Assembly: GCA_002269645.1 (NCBI GenBank)
Contig: NIVC01000413.1
Coordinates: 248,001-312,000 of the forward strand
Reading direction: 5' to 3'
Origin: Macrostomum lignano
Taxonomy: Eukaryota
Length of the DNA stretch: 64,000 nucleotides
Part shown: positions 14,895 through 27,355 of the stretch, one piece after another
Position numbering within the stretch: the stretch's first letter is position 1
How the letters are laid out: each line of letters starts with the position of its first letter
Notes under the pieces: model-generated
What the model was told of the DNA's origin: nothing
The model's input: only the letters and a program-made list of their open reading frames with translations
The model's database searches: none
Translations under genes and position numbers: made by a program

Positions 14895-15697
14895 CAAGTT
14901 TCATGATATGTTTCCGGATGTATGGAATGATTCGGACAGACGGACTGACTGGCTTTTTAAATTTATTATTTTTCTTCTCTTCTAATGTTTTTGCTGTTCT
15001 GCACTAGCTGATTTCACGGCCCGGCCGTGAAATATTTCCTGGCCTGGCCATTACATACCATATAGACACTGGACTGAGCTAAATTGGGGTTTAAATAGTT
15101 TTGCATATTCTGACAAATTTAAAATCATTTTTGACGATTCCGAATTTGAAATGTTAGGAGCTTTAATAACTGCCAAAACACTTTGAATGTTTATGAAATC
15201 CTTTAAATGTCTTTGGGGCGGTTGTAATGTATCTCCATATCTATTTTAAAAGGAATCATATTTTGTACTTATTTCTCACTGTATTATTTGTATTTCATAT
15301 TTGTATTCTGTTTCTGCATTTACTTTACTTTTTAGTGTATGTACTCGTATTTATATAATTTTGCATAATTGTTCTATAATGTAGTTTGTTTTATTGCTCA
15401 ATGTAACTAATATATAATAAATATCGCTCGTAAGAGTTCGCCGCGCGCTGATTTGGCATTTTCGACTGATCGTGATAATTCAAGTGACAGTCCTCGGCAT
15501 TCATTTTATTATACGGTAAGAATTCAGATAAATGCTAAACTTAAATCACGACCGACGGCATACCACCGCATAGTTGTGACCATAGAATACGAGTACAACT
15601 AAATTGTAAATAAAGTTCAAGAAATTAGCGATCCAAGATATTTGCAAAATTTTGAGGTCAGAATTTGATTTGTTGCTAATTTGTCAGACTGTCAACA

Positions 15698-16024
15698 ATG
15701 CGACTAAATACGACTGTAATAGTTTTAGTTTTTCTGTCAGAAGCAGTTCAACTTTCACGATGTAGTTCAGCAGAGTCTGTCACAACAGCCGAATCGAACA
15801 GAACAAAAATGTGGTTAGTGCGCAAACCAAGGTCAGGATTTTAACAAACTTTTTCTTTTAGTTATTTTCCTTTTTCACAGTGATTTTTCTGTTTTAGGTA
15901 CGCTGCAAGATGCTTGGAACGGTACGAAATTTGCGCTACAATACCCGAAGGACTCATCGGTGCTTGCTGCCCAGAATTAATTTGTCAACGTTTCTCAAAT
16001 TTCTACTGGGCTTGCTCTGTTTGA
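15698..16024 (+). CDS. Secreted inhibitor-cystine-knot (knottin)-like prepropeptide K2, 86 aa; exons 15698-15831 and 15898-16024
   Basis: Protein MRLNTTVIVLVFLSEAVQLSRCSSAESVTTAESNRTKMWLVRKP-R-YAARCLERYEICATIPEGLIGACCPELICQRFSNFYWACSV*. A 66-nt phase-2 GT-AG intron follows a long polypyrimidine-rich acceptor region. Cys spacing C-x6-C-x10-CC-x4-C-x9-C. Confidence 0.82.
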
Positions 16025-17121
16025 ATTTGACGGCTGAGCCATGTATTTTTCTGAACTCACTTTGACTAGTAAGTTAGTTGTTTTACTCGTTAAAAGCTCG
16101 TTCGAATTTAACTAAATGGGATCTGGATTATTCTACTGAAGTAAGATGAAAACTAAAGCGCTTAACGCATTAAGTATATATAACATTTCAACTTTGGATC
16201 CGTCAAAAGTAAGTTGAAATTCCCCAGCGTAAGTGTACTATGATAACATTGTTATTGACTACTAGCAAAGTTCTATAATAATTTGATTGTCATTATCTTA
16301 GATCAATGCCAGAAAATTCCGGGTGATAATCTATAGAAATTTGCGGGCTGATTCGCTAATGGATAGACTAAATTTAGGAAAGAGAGGGACAAGAGATCGA
16401 GAAGTTTTTTTCAGTGTTTGGATGAGAGGAACTTAAGAAGTTCATGTTCTGTTCAGAAAGCCATTCGGAGACTTAATAACAACTGTATAAGCGATTTACT
16501 TCTTGAGAATGTTGAACTTGGCGAATCTGCCGGATCAAATGGTATCCGGATTATCAACGGAGGAGCTGTATTGGGTGACGTCCGAATCTGCAACTCGATA
16601 TCTGGAGGAACTGAGTGGCCAGTTTGCTCGAAGACTGGAGACCGAAGAAATTCCAGACTTAAGTGAATATGCGCTCGATGATCTGAGAGAGCTTGAACAA
16701 GAAGGAATTCAGAGTCGTGAATTTCAATGGGACGTTCCAGAATTACACTTTCGATTTAGGCGGTATTAATGGTAAGCAGTAATTTATCGAAAGTGAACGC
16801 TTGTTTAACGGAACGAACTGAGCTTCCTAACTGATCATCTGTTTCATTGTTAATATTAACGTACTGTACTATTGTCACTACTGCAGTTTCGTTGCTGTCT
16901 GATAAAAAGTATACTTGTTTGTTACATTGTAATTATACTTTTACCCAGACGCAATGAAAAAATCTTTTGGCCATTATTCCACAGTTTTGATGTGTACCAT
17001 AGACATTTGGATTGAAAAAATCCATCGCTCAGTATTTTTGTTAATAAATACAGAAAAACAAGAAGTAAATGAACAAAAAGGAAAAATCATTAAAACTAAA
17101 GTACCAGCTACACGAAAAGAG

Positions 17122-17712
17122 TTAATAATAAATGTCACAGCTAGTGCAGTTTATCAGTTTGTAGTCGAAATTTGACAATGTAAAAATCAATTTGTCACCC
17201 AAAGTGAAACATGCACAGTTCTCAAAGCCGCAGTTTCCAACGATGCTCGACACTTTAGCCTGATGATTTGGCACTGCAAAAGGAGTTGGTCTATGTTGAA
17301 TGTTTTCTATGAAAGAGAAATACAGGTGCTCAAGTATAGTTGCCGAACTTACCATTTGAAAGATGCACGTCTTGGTTAAATTGGCATGCGACTGATGAGC
17401 TTCATATGATGAGCTTCTTTGGTACCGCAGTATCCAAGCTGGGATTCTTTGGGACTGTCGGCTGCTCGACTGAATCGATTGGCCGCTTTCGGCATCGTTT
17501 ATAGCCGTCGAGGCGTTGAAGACTGCATGGTCGAGTTTTCTTCCTAGGTAGCGCCGCACGGTTCGTTCAGTCGTCGACAGGAAGATTTTTTCAATTAATA
17601 AGCGCGGCTGTTTGACGAGATGCACCAGCCATGGTTGTTTGACAAGACAAATAGCTTTTTCTCCCACTACTCGCTTTCCTGATTTCTTGCAAGACGCAAG
17701 AAAAATCAGCAC
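17122..17712 (-). pseudogene. Possible IS630/Tc1-like transposase N-terminal (HTH) fragment
   Basis: LSTTERTVRRYL resembles the HTH recognition helix of Tc1-like transposases. No DDE domain follows. Bounded by CCATAGAC (16997) and GTCTATGG (17726). Confidence 0.4.
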
Positions 17713-18295
17713 TCATCACAGTGTTGTCTATGGTGAAACTAAGCCACACAACTCAGTTGTCTTTGGGTAAAACAACTCTTAAAACAGCCAATTGAAGCAT
17801 GATAAAAAGTGTGGAATAATGACAGCGACAAAAGTGTGGAATAATGGCCGCAAAAGTGTGGAATAATGACTGAGCGCTGAGTGAAAGTATAAATACAATG
17901 CACTTGTATAGTATGCAACTTCGTTGAATAATGGCCATAGACACTCGTGCGCTACGCGCACTCGAGTTTTGGCCATTATTCAACTCAGTTGCATACTATA
18001 CAATCTACCACTGCTTGGTTCTGAGCTGAACAAAAAGTGCAAGTTACCATAGACTATAAAAAACTTTAAGTTTGAAAACTTTTAGGTTTAGGCTAGCAAT
18101 CAGCGCCCCTCGTTGGGGAGCCAAAAAATGCAGTACAAGTTTTTTTAATAAACTACATGTAAGCGTCTCTTTGCATCATACTTTGTAAGCCTTGACATGT
18201 CAGAAAATTCCCCCACAAGCCTTAGCATATCAACCCCCTTGACATCTTAGCAATGCCCCATAAGCCTTGAAATCTTAAAAAATCTGTCAACCTTC

Positions 18296-18339
18296 TAACC
18301 CTAACCCTAGCCTAACCCTAGCCCTAACCCTAACCCTAA
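18296..18339. repeat. Interstitial telomere-like (CCCTAA)n tract in H1
   Basis: Imperfect CCCTAA/CCCTAG units. Confidence 0.8.
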
Positions 18340-19868
18340 AGCATTGACATTTCAGTAATTCTCTCCAACAGTCATTATAGCACTACAGCATTATAGCGAT
18401 TCCCTGCAAGCCTCGACATCCTAGGGATTCCCAAATGAATCTCCTAACTTCGACATGAAGCTTATTTTATTTTTTACATTACGCTTTTTTTATCAGCGAT
18501 CCCTCCCCTGAGGAGGCATCAAATAATGTAATAAAAAGTTTTCAATAAACTACATGTAGCTTCTGACTTTAGCCTTGACATCTCATTTATACCCCCATGA
18601 GCCTTGACATCTCAGCTATTCCCCCCGTAAGCCTTGACATGACAGCAATGGCCCCCATAAACCTTGATATCTGAAAAATCCCCTGTTAACCTTGAAACCC
18701 GCTAAAATCTAACCCTCAACCCACACCTGACTTAAACCTAACTTTAACCCAACCTAAAGCCTTGAAATCTCAGCAATTCTTCTCCCCTAAGCCTTGACAT
18801 TTTAGTGATTCCTTCTTTAAGAATCACAGCACTATAGCGATTCCCTCCAAGCTTTGACATCGTAGCAATTCCCAAATGAATCTTTTAACTTCGACATGAC
18901 TCTTCTTTTATGTATACATAGTGCTTCTTTTCTTTTTTACATGACTCTTCTTCTATCAGCGCCCCCCCATGGCAAGCCAACAAAGAATGTAATAAAAAAT
19001 TGAGTAAAGTACATGTACTTTGACGTAGCTTCTGACTTTTGCTTTGACATCTCAGAAACCCCCCCCCCGTAATCTCAGTTATTCTCCGTGAGCCTTGACA
19101 TCTCAGTAAGTCTCCCCAGCACAGCACAATAGCTTCATTTAATTTTTACATGACACTTCTTTCATGTCTGACATGACGCTTCTTTTATTCTTCCATGACG
19201 CTTCTATAATTTCTCAAATGACACTTCCATTACTTTTATATAAGGCTTCTATGATTTTTTACATGACGCTTCTATGATTGTTTACATGACGCTTCTATGA
19301 CTTTTTACATGACGCTTCTATGATTTTTTACATGACGCTTCTATGATTGTTTACATGACGCTTCTATGGTTGTTTACATGACGCTTCTATGATTTTTTAC
19401 ATGACGCTTCTATGATTTTTTACATGACGCTTTTATGATTTTTTACATGACGCTTTCATGATTTTTTACATGAAGCTTCTATGATTGTTTACATGACGCT
19501 TCTATGATTTTTTACATGACGCTTCTATGATTTTTTACATGACGCTTCTATGATTTTTTACATGACGCTTCTATGATTTTTTCATGACGCTTTCACGATT
19601 TTTACATGACGCTTCTATGATTTTTTTACATGACGTTTTTATGATTTTTTACATGACGCTTCAATGATTGTTTACATGACGCTTCTATGATTTTTCACAT
19701 GACGCTTCCATGATTGTTTACATGACGCTTTCATGATTGTTTACATGACGCTTCTATGATTTTTTACATGACGCTTGTATGATTTTTTACATGACGCTTC
19801 TATGATTTTTTACATGGCGCTTCTATGATTGTTTACATGACGCTTCTATGATTTTTTCATGACGCTTT

Positions 19869-20322
19869 TGAAGTGAAACGAAGGCGCCGTTAGCAAGAGG
19901 ATGTGAGAAATCAGCCGACACGCGCGTGATGCGTGAACAAGCATCCAGCCTTGGCAGCAACTCCCCAGACGCACAAGATCTGCATGCCTAAAAATAGTCC
20001 TGATGATCGGCGAGCAAGAAGCCCAGCCATGCGACCCTCGCGTGATGCATGCACAACCTCTGACCGACACTGCCTATTGGGCCTCGAAATCCCACTCTCT
20101 CTCTCCCTACTGCTCCTATTCCTCGTTGCTCGCGTACAGTGTGCTAGCTTATAAAATATACTGATTGAAGAGGAAAGAAAGATCCTCGCCTGAAGTTTGA
20201 GAATGTGACTCTAGAGATCACACAGAGAAAGTTACCATCGAGGTCCATTGTTCGTTGTCTTCCTGAACTGTTGGCAGAAGGAAACGATAATATGGGAAAA
20301 ACCCAAATAAATTGTCGTTTCA
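19869..20322 (+). mobile_element. Solo LTR (454 bp), copy 1
   Basis: TGAA...TTCA termini and a 4-bp TSD CTTT at 19865-19868 and 20323-20326. TATAAAA and AATAAA inside. Removing it restores the satellite unit GACGCTTTCACG. Confidence 0.8.
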
Positions 20323-21541
20323 CTTTCACGATTTTTACATGACGCTTCTATGATTTTTTTACATGACGCTTCTATGACTTTTTACATGACGCTTCTATGA
20401 TTTTTTACATGACGCTTCAATGATTGTTGACATGACGCTTCTATGATTTTTTACATGACGCTTTTATGATTTTTTACATGACGCTTCTATGATTTTTTAC
20501 ATGACGCTTGTATGATTTTTTACATGACGCTTTTATGATTTTTTACATGACGCTTTCATGATTTTTTACATGAAGCTTCTATGATTGTTTACATGACGCT
20601 TCTATGATTTTTTACATGACGCTTCTATGATTTTTTCATGACGCTTTCACGATTTTTACATGACGCTTCTATGATTTTTTACATGACGCTTCTATGATTT
20701 TTTACATGACGCTTCAATGATTGTTTACATGACGCTTCTATGATTTTTCACATGACGCTTCCATGATTGTTTACATGACGCTTTCATGATTGTTTACATG
20801 ACGCTTCTATGATTTTTTACATGACGCTTGTATGATTTTTTACATGACGCTTCTATGATTTTTTACATGGCGCTTCTATGATTGTTTACATGACGCTTCT
20901 ATGATTTTTTCATGACGCTTTCACGATTTTTACATGACGCTTCTATGATTTTTTTACATGACGCTTCTATGATTTTTTACATGACGCTTCAATGATTTTT
21001 CACATGACGCTTCCATGATTGTTTACATGACGCTTTCATGATTGTTTACATGACGCTTTTATGATTTTTTACATGACGCTTGTATGATTTTTTACATGAC
21101 GCTTTTATGATTTTTTACATGACGCTTTCATGATTTTTTTACATGAAGCTTCTATGATTGTTTACATGACGCTTCTATGATTTTTTACATGACGCTTCTA
21201 TGATTTTTTACATGACGCTTCTATGATTTTTTACATGACGCTTCTATGATTTTTTCATGACGCTTTCACGATTTTTACATGACGCTTCTATGATTTTTTT
21301 ACATGACGTTTTTATGATTTTTTACATGACGCTTCAATGATTGTTTACATGACGCTTCTATGATTTTTCACATGACGCTTCCATGATTGTTTACATGACG
21401 CTTTCATGATTGTTTACATGACGCTTCTATGATTTTTTACATGACGCTTGTATGATTTTTTACATGACGCTTCTATGATTTTTTACATGGCGCTTCTATG
21501 ATTGTTTACATGACGCTTCTATGATTTTTTCATGACGCTTT

Positions 21542-21995
21542 TGAAGTGAAACGAAGGCGCCGTTAGCAAGAGGATGTGAGAAATCAGCCGACACGCGCGT
21601 GATGCGTGAACAAGCATCCAGCCTTGGCAGCAACTCCCCAGACGCACAAGATCTGCATGCCTAAAAATAGTCCTGATGATCGGCGAGCAAGAAGCCCAGC
21701 CATGCGACCCTCGCGTGATGCATGCACAACCTCTGACCGACACTGCCTATTGGGCCTCGAAATCCCACTCTCTCTCTCCCTACTGCTCCTATTCCTCGTT
21801 GCTCGCGTACAGTGTGCTAGCTTATAAAATATACTGATTGAAGAGGAAAGAAAGATCCTCGCCTGAAGTTTGAGAATGTGACTCTAGAGATCACACAGAG
21901 AAAGTTACCATCGAGGTCCATTGTTCGTTGTCTTCCTGAACTGTTGGCAGAAGGAAACGATAATATGGGAAAAACCCAAATAAATTGTCGTTTCA
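21542..21995 (+). mobile_element. Solo LTR, copy 2 (product of the 1673-bp duplication)
   Basis: Same sequence, same CTTT TSD and same flanks as copy 1. Confidence 0.8.
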
Positions 21996-23873
21996 CTTTC
22001 ACGATTTTTACATGACGCTTCTATGATTTTTTTACATGACGCTTCTATGACTTTTTACATGACGCTTCTATGATTTTTTACATGACGCTTCAATGATTGT
22101 TGACATGACGCTTCTATGATTTTTTACATGACGCTTTTATGATTTTTTACATGACGCTTCTATGATTTTTTACATGACGCTTGTATGATTTTTTACATGA
22201 CGCTTTTATGATTTTTTACATGACGCTTTCATGATTTTTTACATGAAGCTTCTATGATTGTTTACATGACGCTTCTATGATTTTTTACATGACGCTTCTA
22301 TGATTTTTTCATGACGCTTTCACGATTTTTACATGACGCTTCTATGATTTTTTACATGACGCTTCTATGATTTTTTACATGACGCTTCAATGATTGTTTA
22401 CATGACGCTTCTATGATTTTTCACATGACGCTTCCATGATTGTTTACATGACGCTTTCATGATTGTTTACATGACGCTTCTATGATTTTTTACATGACGC
22501 TTGTATGATTTTTTACATGACGCTTCTATGATTTTTTACATGGCGCTTCTATGATTGTTTACATGACGCTTCTATGATTTTTTCATGACGCTTTCACGAT
22601 TTTTACATGACGCTTCTATGATTTTTTTACATGACGCTTCTATGATTTTTTACATGACGCTTCAATGATTTTTCACATGACGCTTCCATGATTGTTTACA
22701 TGACGCTTTCATGATTGTTTACATGACGCTTTTATGATTTTTTACATGACGCTTGTATGATTTTTTACATGACGCTTTTATGATTTTTTACATGACGCTT
22801 TCATGATTTTTTACACGAAGCTTCTATGATTTTTTACATGACGCTTCTATGATTGTTTACATGACGCTTCTATGCTTTTTTACATGACGCTTTTTTACTC
22901 GTCATGCCTTTTGTCCTTTATTTGTCCTTTAATAAAAGCTTATAATAAAAAAAACTTTTCACTACTAAGATTCGAACCCAGGTCGCAGCATTTGCAGTCC
23001 AGTTTGTTCACATCTAGGCTAGCTCTTATCGAATTTATAAATGAAATTGTAGAACTTATATAATTCAACACTCACTCACGAAGCAGTTATGACATAATCA
23101 ATTTCCCAGGCAAGTCAGTATCAGTCTCAAATAAAGTTGAGAATTATGGTTACGCAATCTAAATCAAGTCTGGTGCTACGCTTCCACACTGCATTTTCAA
23201 TACTGTGACGCAATTCAAGTCGGAGTTACAATTCAGTTATGATGCAATCTATTTCAGAATCAGAACTCAACCAGTCAGTTTTTTTCTCTAGCATTCTTAC
23301 AATGCATTTCAAGTCGAAAAGTTTGCTTGACCTTTGCAAAAAAGCATGTTTTTCGAATATTTAATGCCTTTAGCATCGAGAAATTTCTTAGCCACGATGC
23401 ATGTACCGTCACGGGAAAATTTCTGATCGAACAGTGCAAGTCTCATGAAAATCGGTTAAGCCATTTTTTCTCTAATCGATTACATTTAGGTTTAGTTGTT
23501 CATAGACAATTAGAGGCAAGACTAGCAATCTAGCGCCCCCCTTCGGGGTGGCCAATAAGCAAGGGACGAATCCTTTAAAATGAAAAAAAATTCTTAGGGA
23601 GGGGGGCTAGGAATCGAATTCTCATTTTAATTCCAGGCTTATGTACCAATAAAACATGTTTGTGCAGAATTTTATAACAGACATTGAAATTCAACCATAC
23701 TTGCCTTCTTTCAGAGCTACTTCTACCAGTATGCTTCAGTACGCTACCAGTACCCGTGTAAGCCTTGACATGTCAGCAATCCCCCCCCCACAAGCCTTAA
23801 CATATCAACTCCCCCCTTGACATCTCAGCGATGCTCCCATAAGCCTTGAAATCTTAAAAAATCTGTCTACTTT

Positions 23874-23919
23874 CTAACCCTAACCCTAACCCTAACCCTA
23901 ACCCTAACCCTAACCCTAA
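23874..23919. repeat. Interstitial telomere-like (CCCTAA)n tract in H2
   Basis: About 7 perfect units at the position equivalent to the H1 tract. Confidence 0.88.
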
Positions 23920-24864
23920 AGCATTGAAATTTCAGTAATTCTCTCTAAGAGTCTATAGCACTACTACAGCATTAAAGCGATTCCCTGCAAGCCTCGACAT
24001 CGTAGGGATTCCCAAATGAATCTCTTAACTTCGACATGAAGCTTCTTTTTTTTACATTACGCTTTTTCTATCAGCGATCCCTCCCGTGAGGAGCCAACAA
24101 AAAATGTAATAACTTTTTTCCAATAAACTACATGTAGCTTCTGACATTAGCCTTGACATCTCATTTATTCCCCCGTGAGCCTTGACATCTCAGCTATAGA
24201 TAGATAGATAGATAGATTCCCCTCGTAAGCCTTGACATGTCAGCGATGCCCCCCATAAACCTTGAAATCTAAAAAATCCCCTGTTAACCTTGAAACGCGC
24301 TAAAATCTAACCCTCAACCCAAACCTGACGTAAACCTAACTTTTACCCAACCTAAAGCCTTGAAATCACAGCAATTCTTCTTCCCTAAGCCTTGGCATTT
24401 AAGTGATTCCTTCTTTAAGAATCACAGCACTATAACGATTCCCTCCAAGCTTTGACATCGTAGCAATTCCCAAATGAATCTTTTAACTTTGACATGACTT
24501 TTATTTTATGTATACATAGTGCTCCTTTTATTTTTACATGACTCTTCTTCTATCAGCGCCCCCCCCACCGTGGCAAGCCAACAAAGAATGCAATAAAAAA
24601 CTTAAGTAAAGTACATGTACTTTGAAGTAGCTTCTGACTTTTGCTTTAACATCTCAGAAACCCCCCTGTAATCTCAGTTATTCTCTGTGAGCCTTGACGT
24701 CTCAGTGATTCTCCCCAGCACAGCACTATAGCTTCATTTAATTTTTATGACACTTGTTTCATGTCTGACATGACGCTTCTTTTGATTTTTACGTTACGCT
24801 TCTTTTATTCTTCCATGATGCTTCTTAATTTTTTAAATGACACACTTTCATTAGTTTTTATATG

Positions 24865-25435
24865 AGGCTTCTATGATTTTTTCATGACGCTTCTATGTTA
24901 ACATGACGCTTCTATGCTTGTTTACATGACGCTCTTATGATTGTTTACATGACGCTTCTATGCTTGTTTACATGACGCTCTTATGATTGTTTACATGACG
25001 CTTTTATGATTGTTTACATGACGCTTCTATGATTGTTTACATGACGCTTGTATGATTGTTTACATGACGCTTCTATGATTTTTTACATGACGCTTCTATG
25101 ATTTTTACATGACGCTACTATGATTTTTACATGACGCTTCTATGATTTTTTCATGACGCTTCTATGATTTTTACATGACGCTTTTATGATTGTTTACATG
25201 ACGCTTCTATGATTTTTACATGACGCTTCTATGATTTTTTACATGACGCTTCTATGATTGTTTACATGACGCTTCTATGATTGTTTACATGACGCTTCTA
25301 TGATTGTTTACATGACGCTTCTATGATTTTTACATGACGCTTCTATGATTTTTTACATGACGCTTCTATGATTGTTTACATGACGCTTCTATGATTGTTT
25401 ACATGACGCTTGTATGATTGTTTACATGACGCTTC
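24865..25435. repeat. 22-bp satellite, same family as 19240-22890
   Basis: Same ACATGACGCTTCTATGATT unit. Confidence 0.93.
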
Positions 25436-25584
25436 CATAATTTTTTTTGTCTTGGCGTTAAAAAGATTTAATTAAAAAAACTCTACTCTCTAAAAATTCG
25501 AACCATCGTCCCTGCATTTAGCAGTTTAGTCTGTTTACCTCTAGGCTAGCTCTCATGAATTTTAGTCATTACCCCTAAATAGAA

Positions 25585-25820
25585 AATATTCCCAAGACAG
25601 CAAGCATCCCCCAGTAGCAAGCATCCCCTAATACTCCTAGCAAGCATCCACCCAGATAGCAAGCATCTGCAGATAGCAAGCATCTGCAGATAGCAAGCAT
25701 CTTGCAGATAGCAAGCATCTTGCAGATAGCAAGCATACCCCAAATAATGTAGAAGCATCCTTCCAGATAGCAAGCATCCTGCACATAGCAAGAATCCCTA
25801 AATAGCAAGCATCCCTGGAT
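25585..25820. repeat. About 17-bp repeat (CAGATAGCAAGCATC), same family as 33400-33840
   Basis: Tandem TAGCAAGCAT cores. Confidence 0.85.
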
Positions 25821-25855
25821 AGAAATAATCCTATACATGTAGCCAAGCTTATCAA

Positions 25856-27355
25856 GCGCAGTAATCCTTGGCTATCGAGTGCAGTAATCCTTGGTTTATT
25901 AATAGCAATAATCCATGGCTTATCGAGTGCAGTAATTCTTGGTTTGCCAAGTGCAGTAAGTAATCCTTGGTTTATTAATAGCAAGAATCCATGGCTTATG
26001 AGTGCAGTAATCCTTGGTTTATTAATAGCAATAATCCTTGGCTTATCGATTGCAGTAATCCTTGGTTTATTATTAGCAATAATCCTTGGCTTATCAAGTG
26101 CAGTAATCCTTGGTTTATTAATAGCAATAATCCATGCCTTATCGAGTGCAGTAATCCTTGGTTTATTAATAGCAATAATCCTTGATTAATCAAGTGCAGT
26201 AATCCTTGGTTTATTAATAGCAATAATCCTTGGCTTATCGAGTGCAGTAATCCTTGGTTTATTAATAGCAATAATCCTTGATTAATCAAGTGCAGTAATC
26301 CTTGGTTTGCCAAGAGCAATAGTCCTTGGTTTATTGAGTGCAGTAATCCTTGGTTTATTAATAGCAATAATCCTTGGCTTATCGAGTGCAGTAATCCTTG
26401 GTTTGCCAAGTGCATAATCCTTGGTTTATTAATAGCAATAATCCTTGGCTTATCGAGTGCAGTAATCCTTGGTTTATTAATAGCAATAATCCTTGGCTTA
26501 TCGAGTGCAGTAATCCTTGGTTTATTAATAGCAATAATCCATGGCTTATCGAGTGCAGTAATCCTTGGTTTGCCAAGAGCAATAGTCCTTGGCTTATCGA
26601 GTGCAGTAATCCTTGGTTTGCCAAGAGCAATAGTCCTTGGTTTATTGAGTGCAGTAATCCTTGGTTTATTAATAGCAATAATCCTTGGCTTATCGAGTGC
26701 AGTAATCCTTGGTTTGCCAAGTGCATAATCCTTGGTTTATTAATAGCAATAATCCTTGGTTTATCGAGTGCAGTAATCCTTGGTTTATTAATAGCAATAA
26801 TCCTTGGCTTATCGAGTGCAGTAATCCTTGGTTTATTAATAGCAATAATCCATGGCTTATCGAGTGCAGTAATCCTTGGTTTGCCAAGAGCAATAGTCCT
26901 TGGCTTATCGAGTGCAGTAATCCTTGGTTTGCCAAGAGCAATAGTCCTTGGTTTATTGAGTGCAGTAATCCTTGGTTTATTAATAGCAATAGTCCTTGGT
27001 TTATTGAGTGCAGTAATCCTTGGTTTATTAATAGCAATAATCCTTGGCTTATCGAGTGCAGTAATCCTTGGTTTATTAATAGCAATAATCCTTGATTAAT
27101 CAAGTGCAGTAATCCTTGGTTTGCCAAGAGCAATAGTCCTTGGTTTATTGAGTGCAGTAATCCTTGGTTTATTAATAGCAATAATCCTTGGCTTATCGAG
27201 TGCAGTAATCCTTGGTTTATTAATAGCAATAATCCTTGATTAATCAAGTGCAGTAATCCTTGGTTTGCCAAGAGCAATAGTCCTTGGTTTATTGAGTGCA
27301 GTAATCCTTGGTTTATTAATAGCAATAATCCTTAGCTTATCGAGTGCAGTAATCT
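25856..27355. repeat. 24-bp satellite organised as 48-bp dimers
   Basis: GAGTGCAGTAATCCTTGGTTTATT alternates with AATAGCAATAATCCTTGGCTTATC. Confidence 0.95.

Larger units (their letters stand above)
19240..22890. repeat. 22-bp satellite (ACATGACGCTTCTATGATTTTT) with a 1673-bp higher-order duplication
   Basis: Long tandem array. Identical ORF pairs are offset by 1673 bp (19846/21519 and 20144/21817). Confidence 0.95.
18093..23480 (+). mobile_element. H1: non-autonomous Helitron/Helentron-like element with a central satellite
   Basis: 5' CTAGCAATC plus GC hairpin CGCCCCTCGTTGGGGAG. Collinear with H2 at both ends (18.1-19.2 kb vs 23.6-24.9 kb; 22.9-23.47 kb vs 27.4-27.97 kb). Class assignment rests on terminal style only. 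Confidence 0.55.

Noticed and set aside
19869-21995. Two LTRs as the ends of one retrotransposon or TRIM
   Set aside because: Each copy has its own TSD on both sides and only satellite lies between them, so this is a segmental duplication of a solo LTR.
23874-23919. CCCTAA tracts as a true chromosome end or fusion site
   Set aside because: They are short, internal, and present at the same position in two copies of a repeat element.
19240-27355. Long regular arrays as CRISPR-like loci
   Set aside because: The units are directly adjacent with no unique spacers, there are no cas genes, and the context is eukaryotic.
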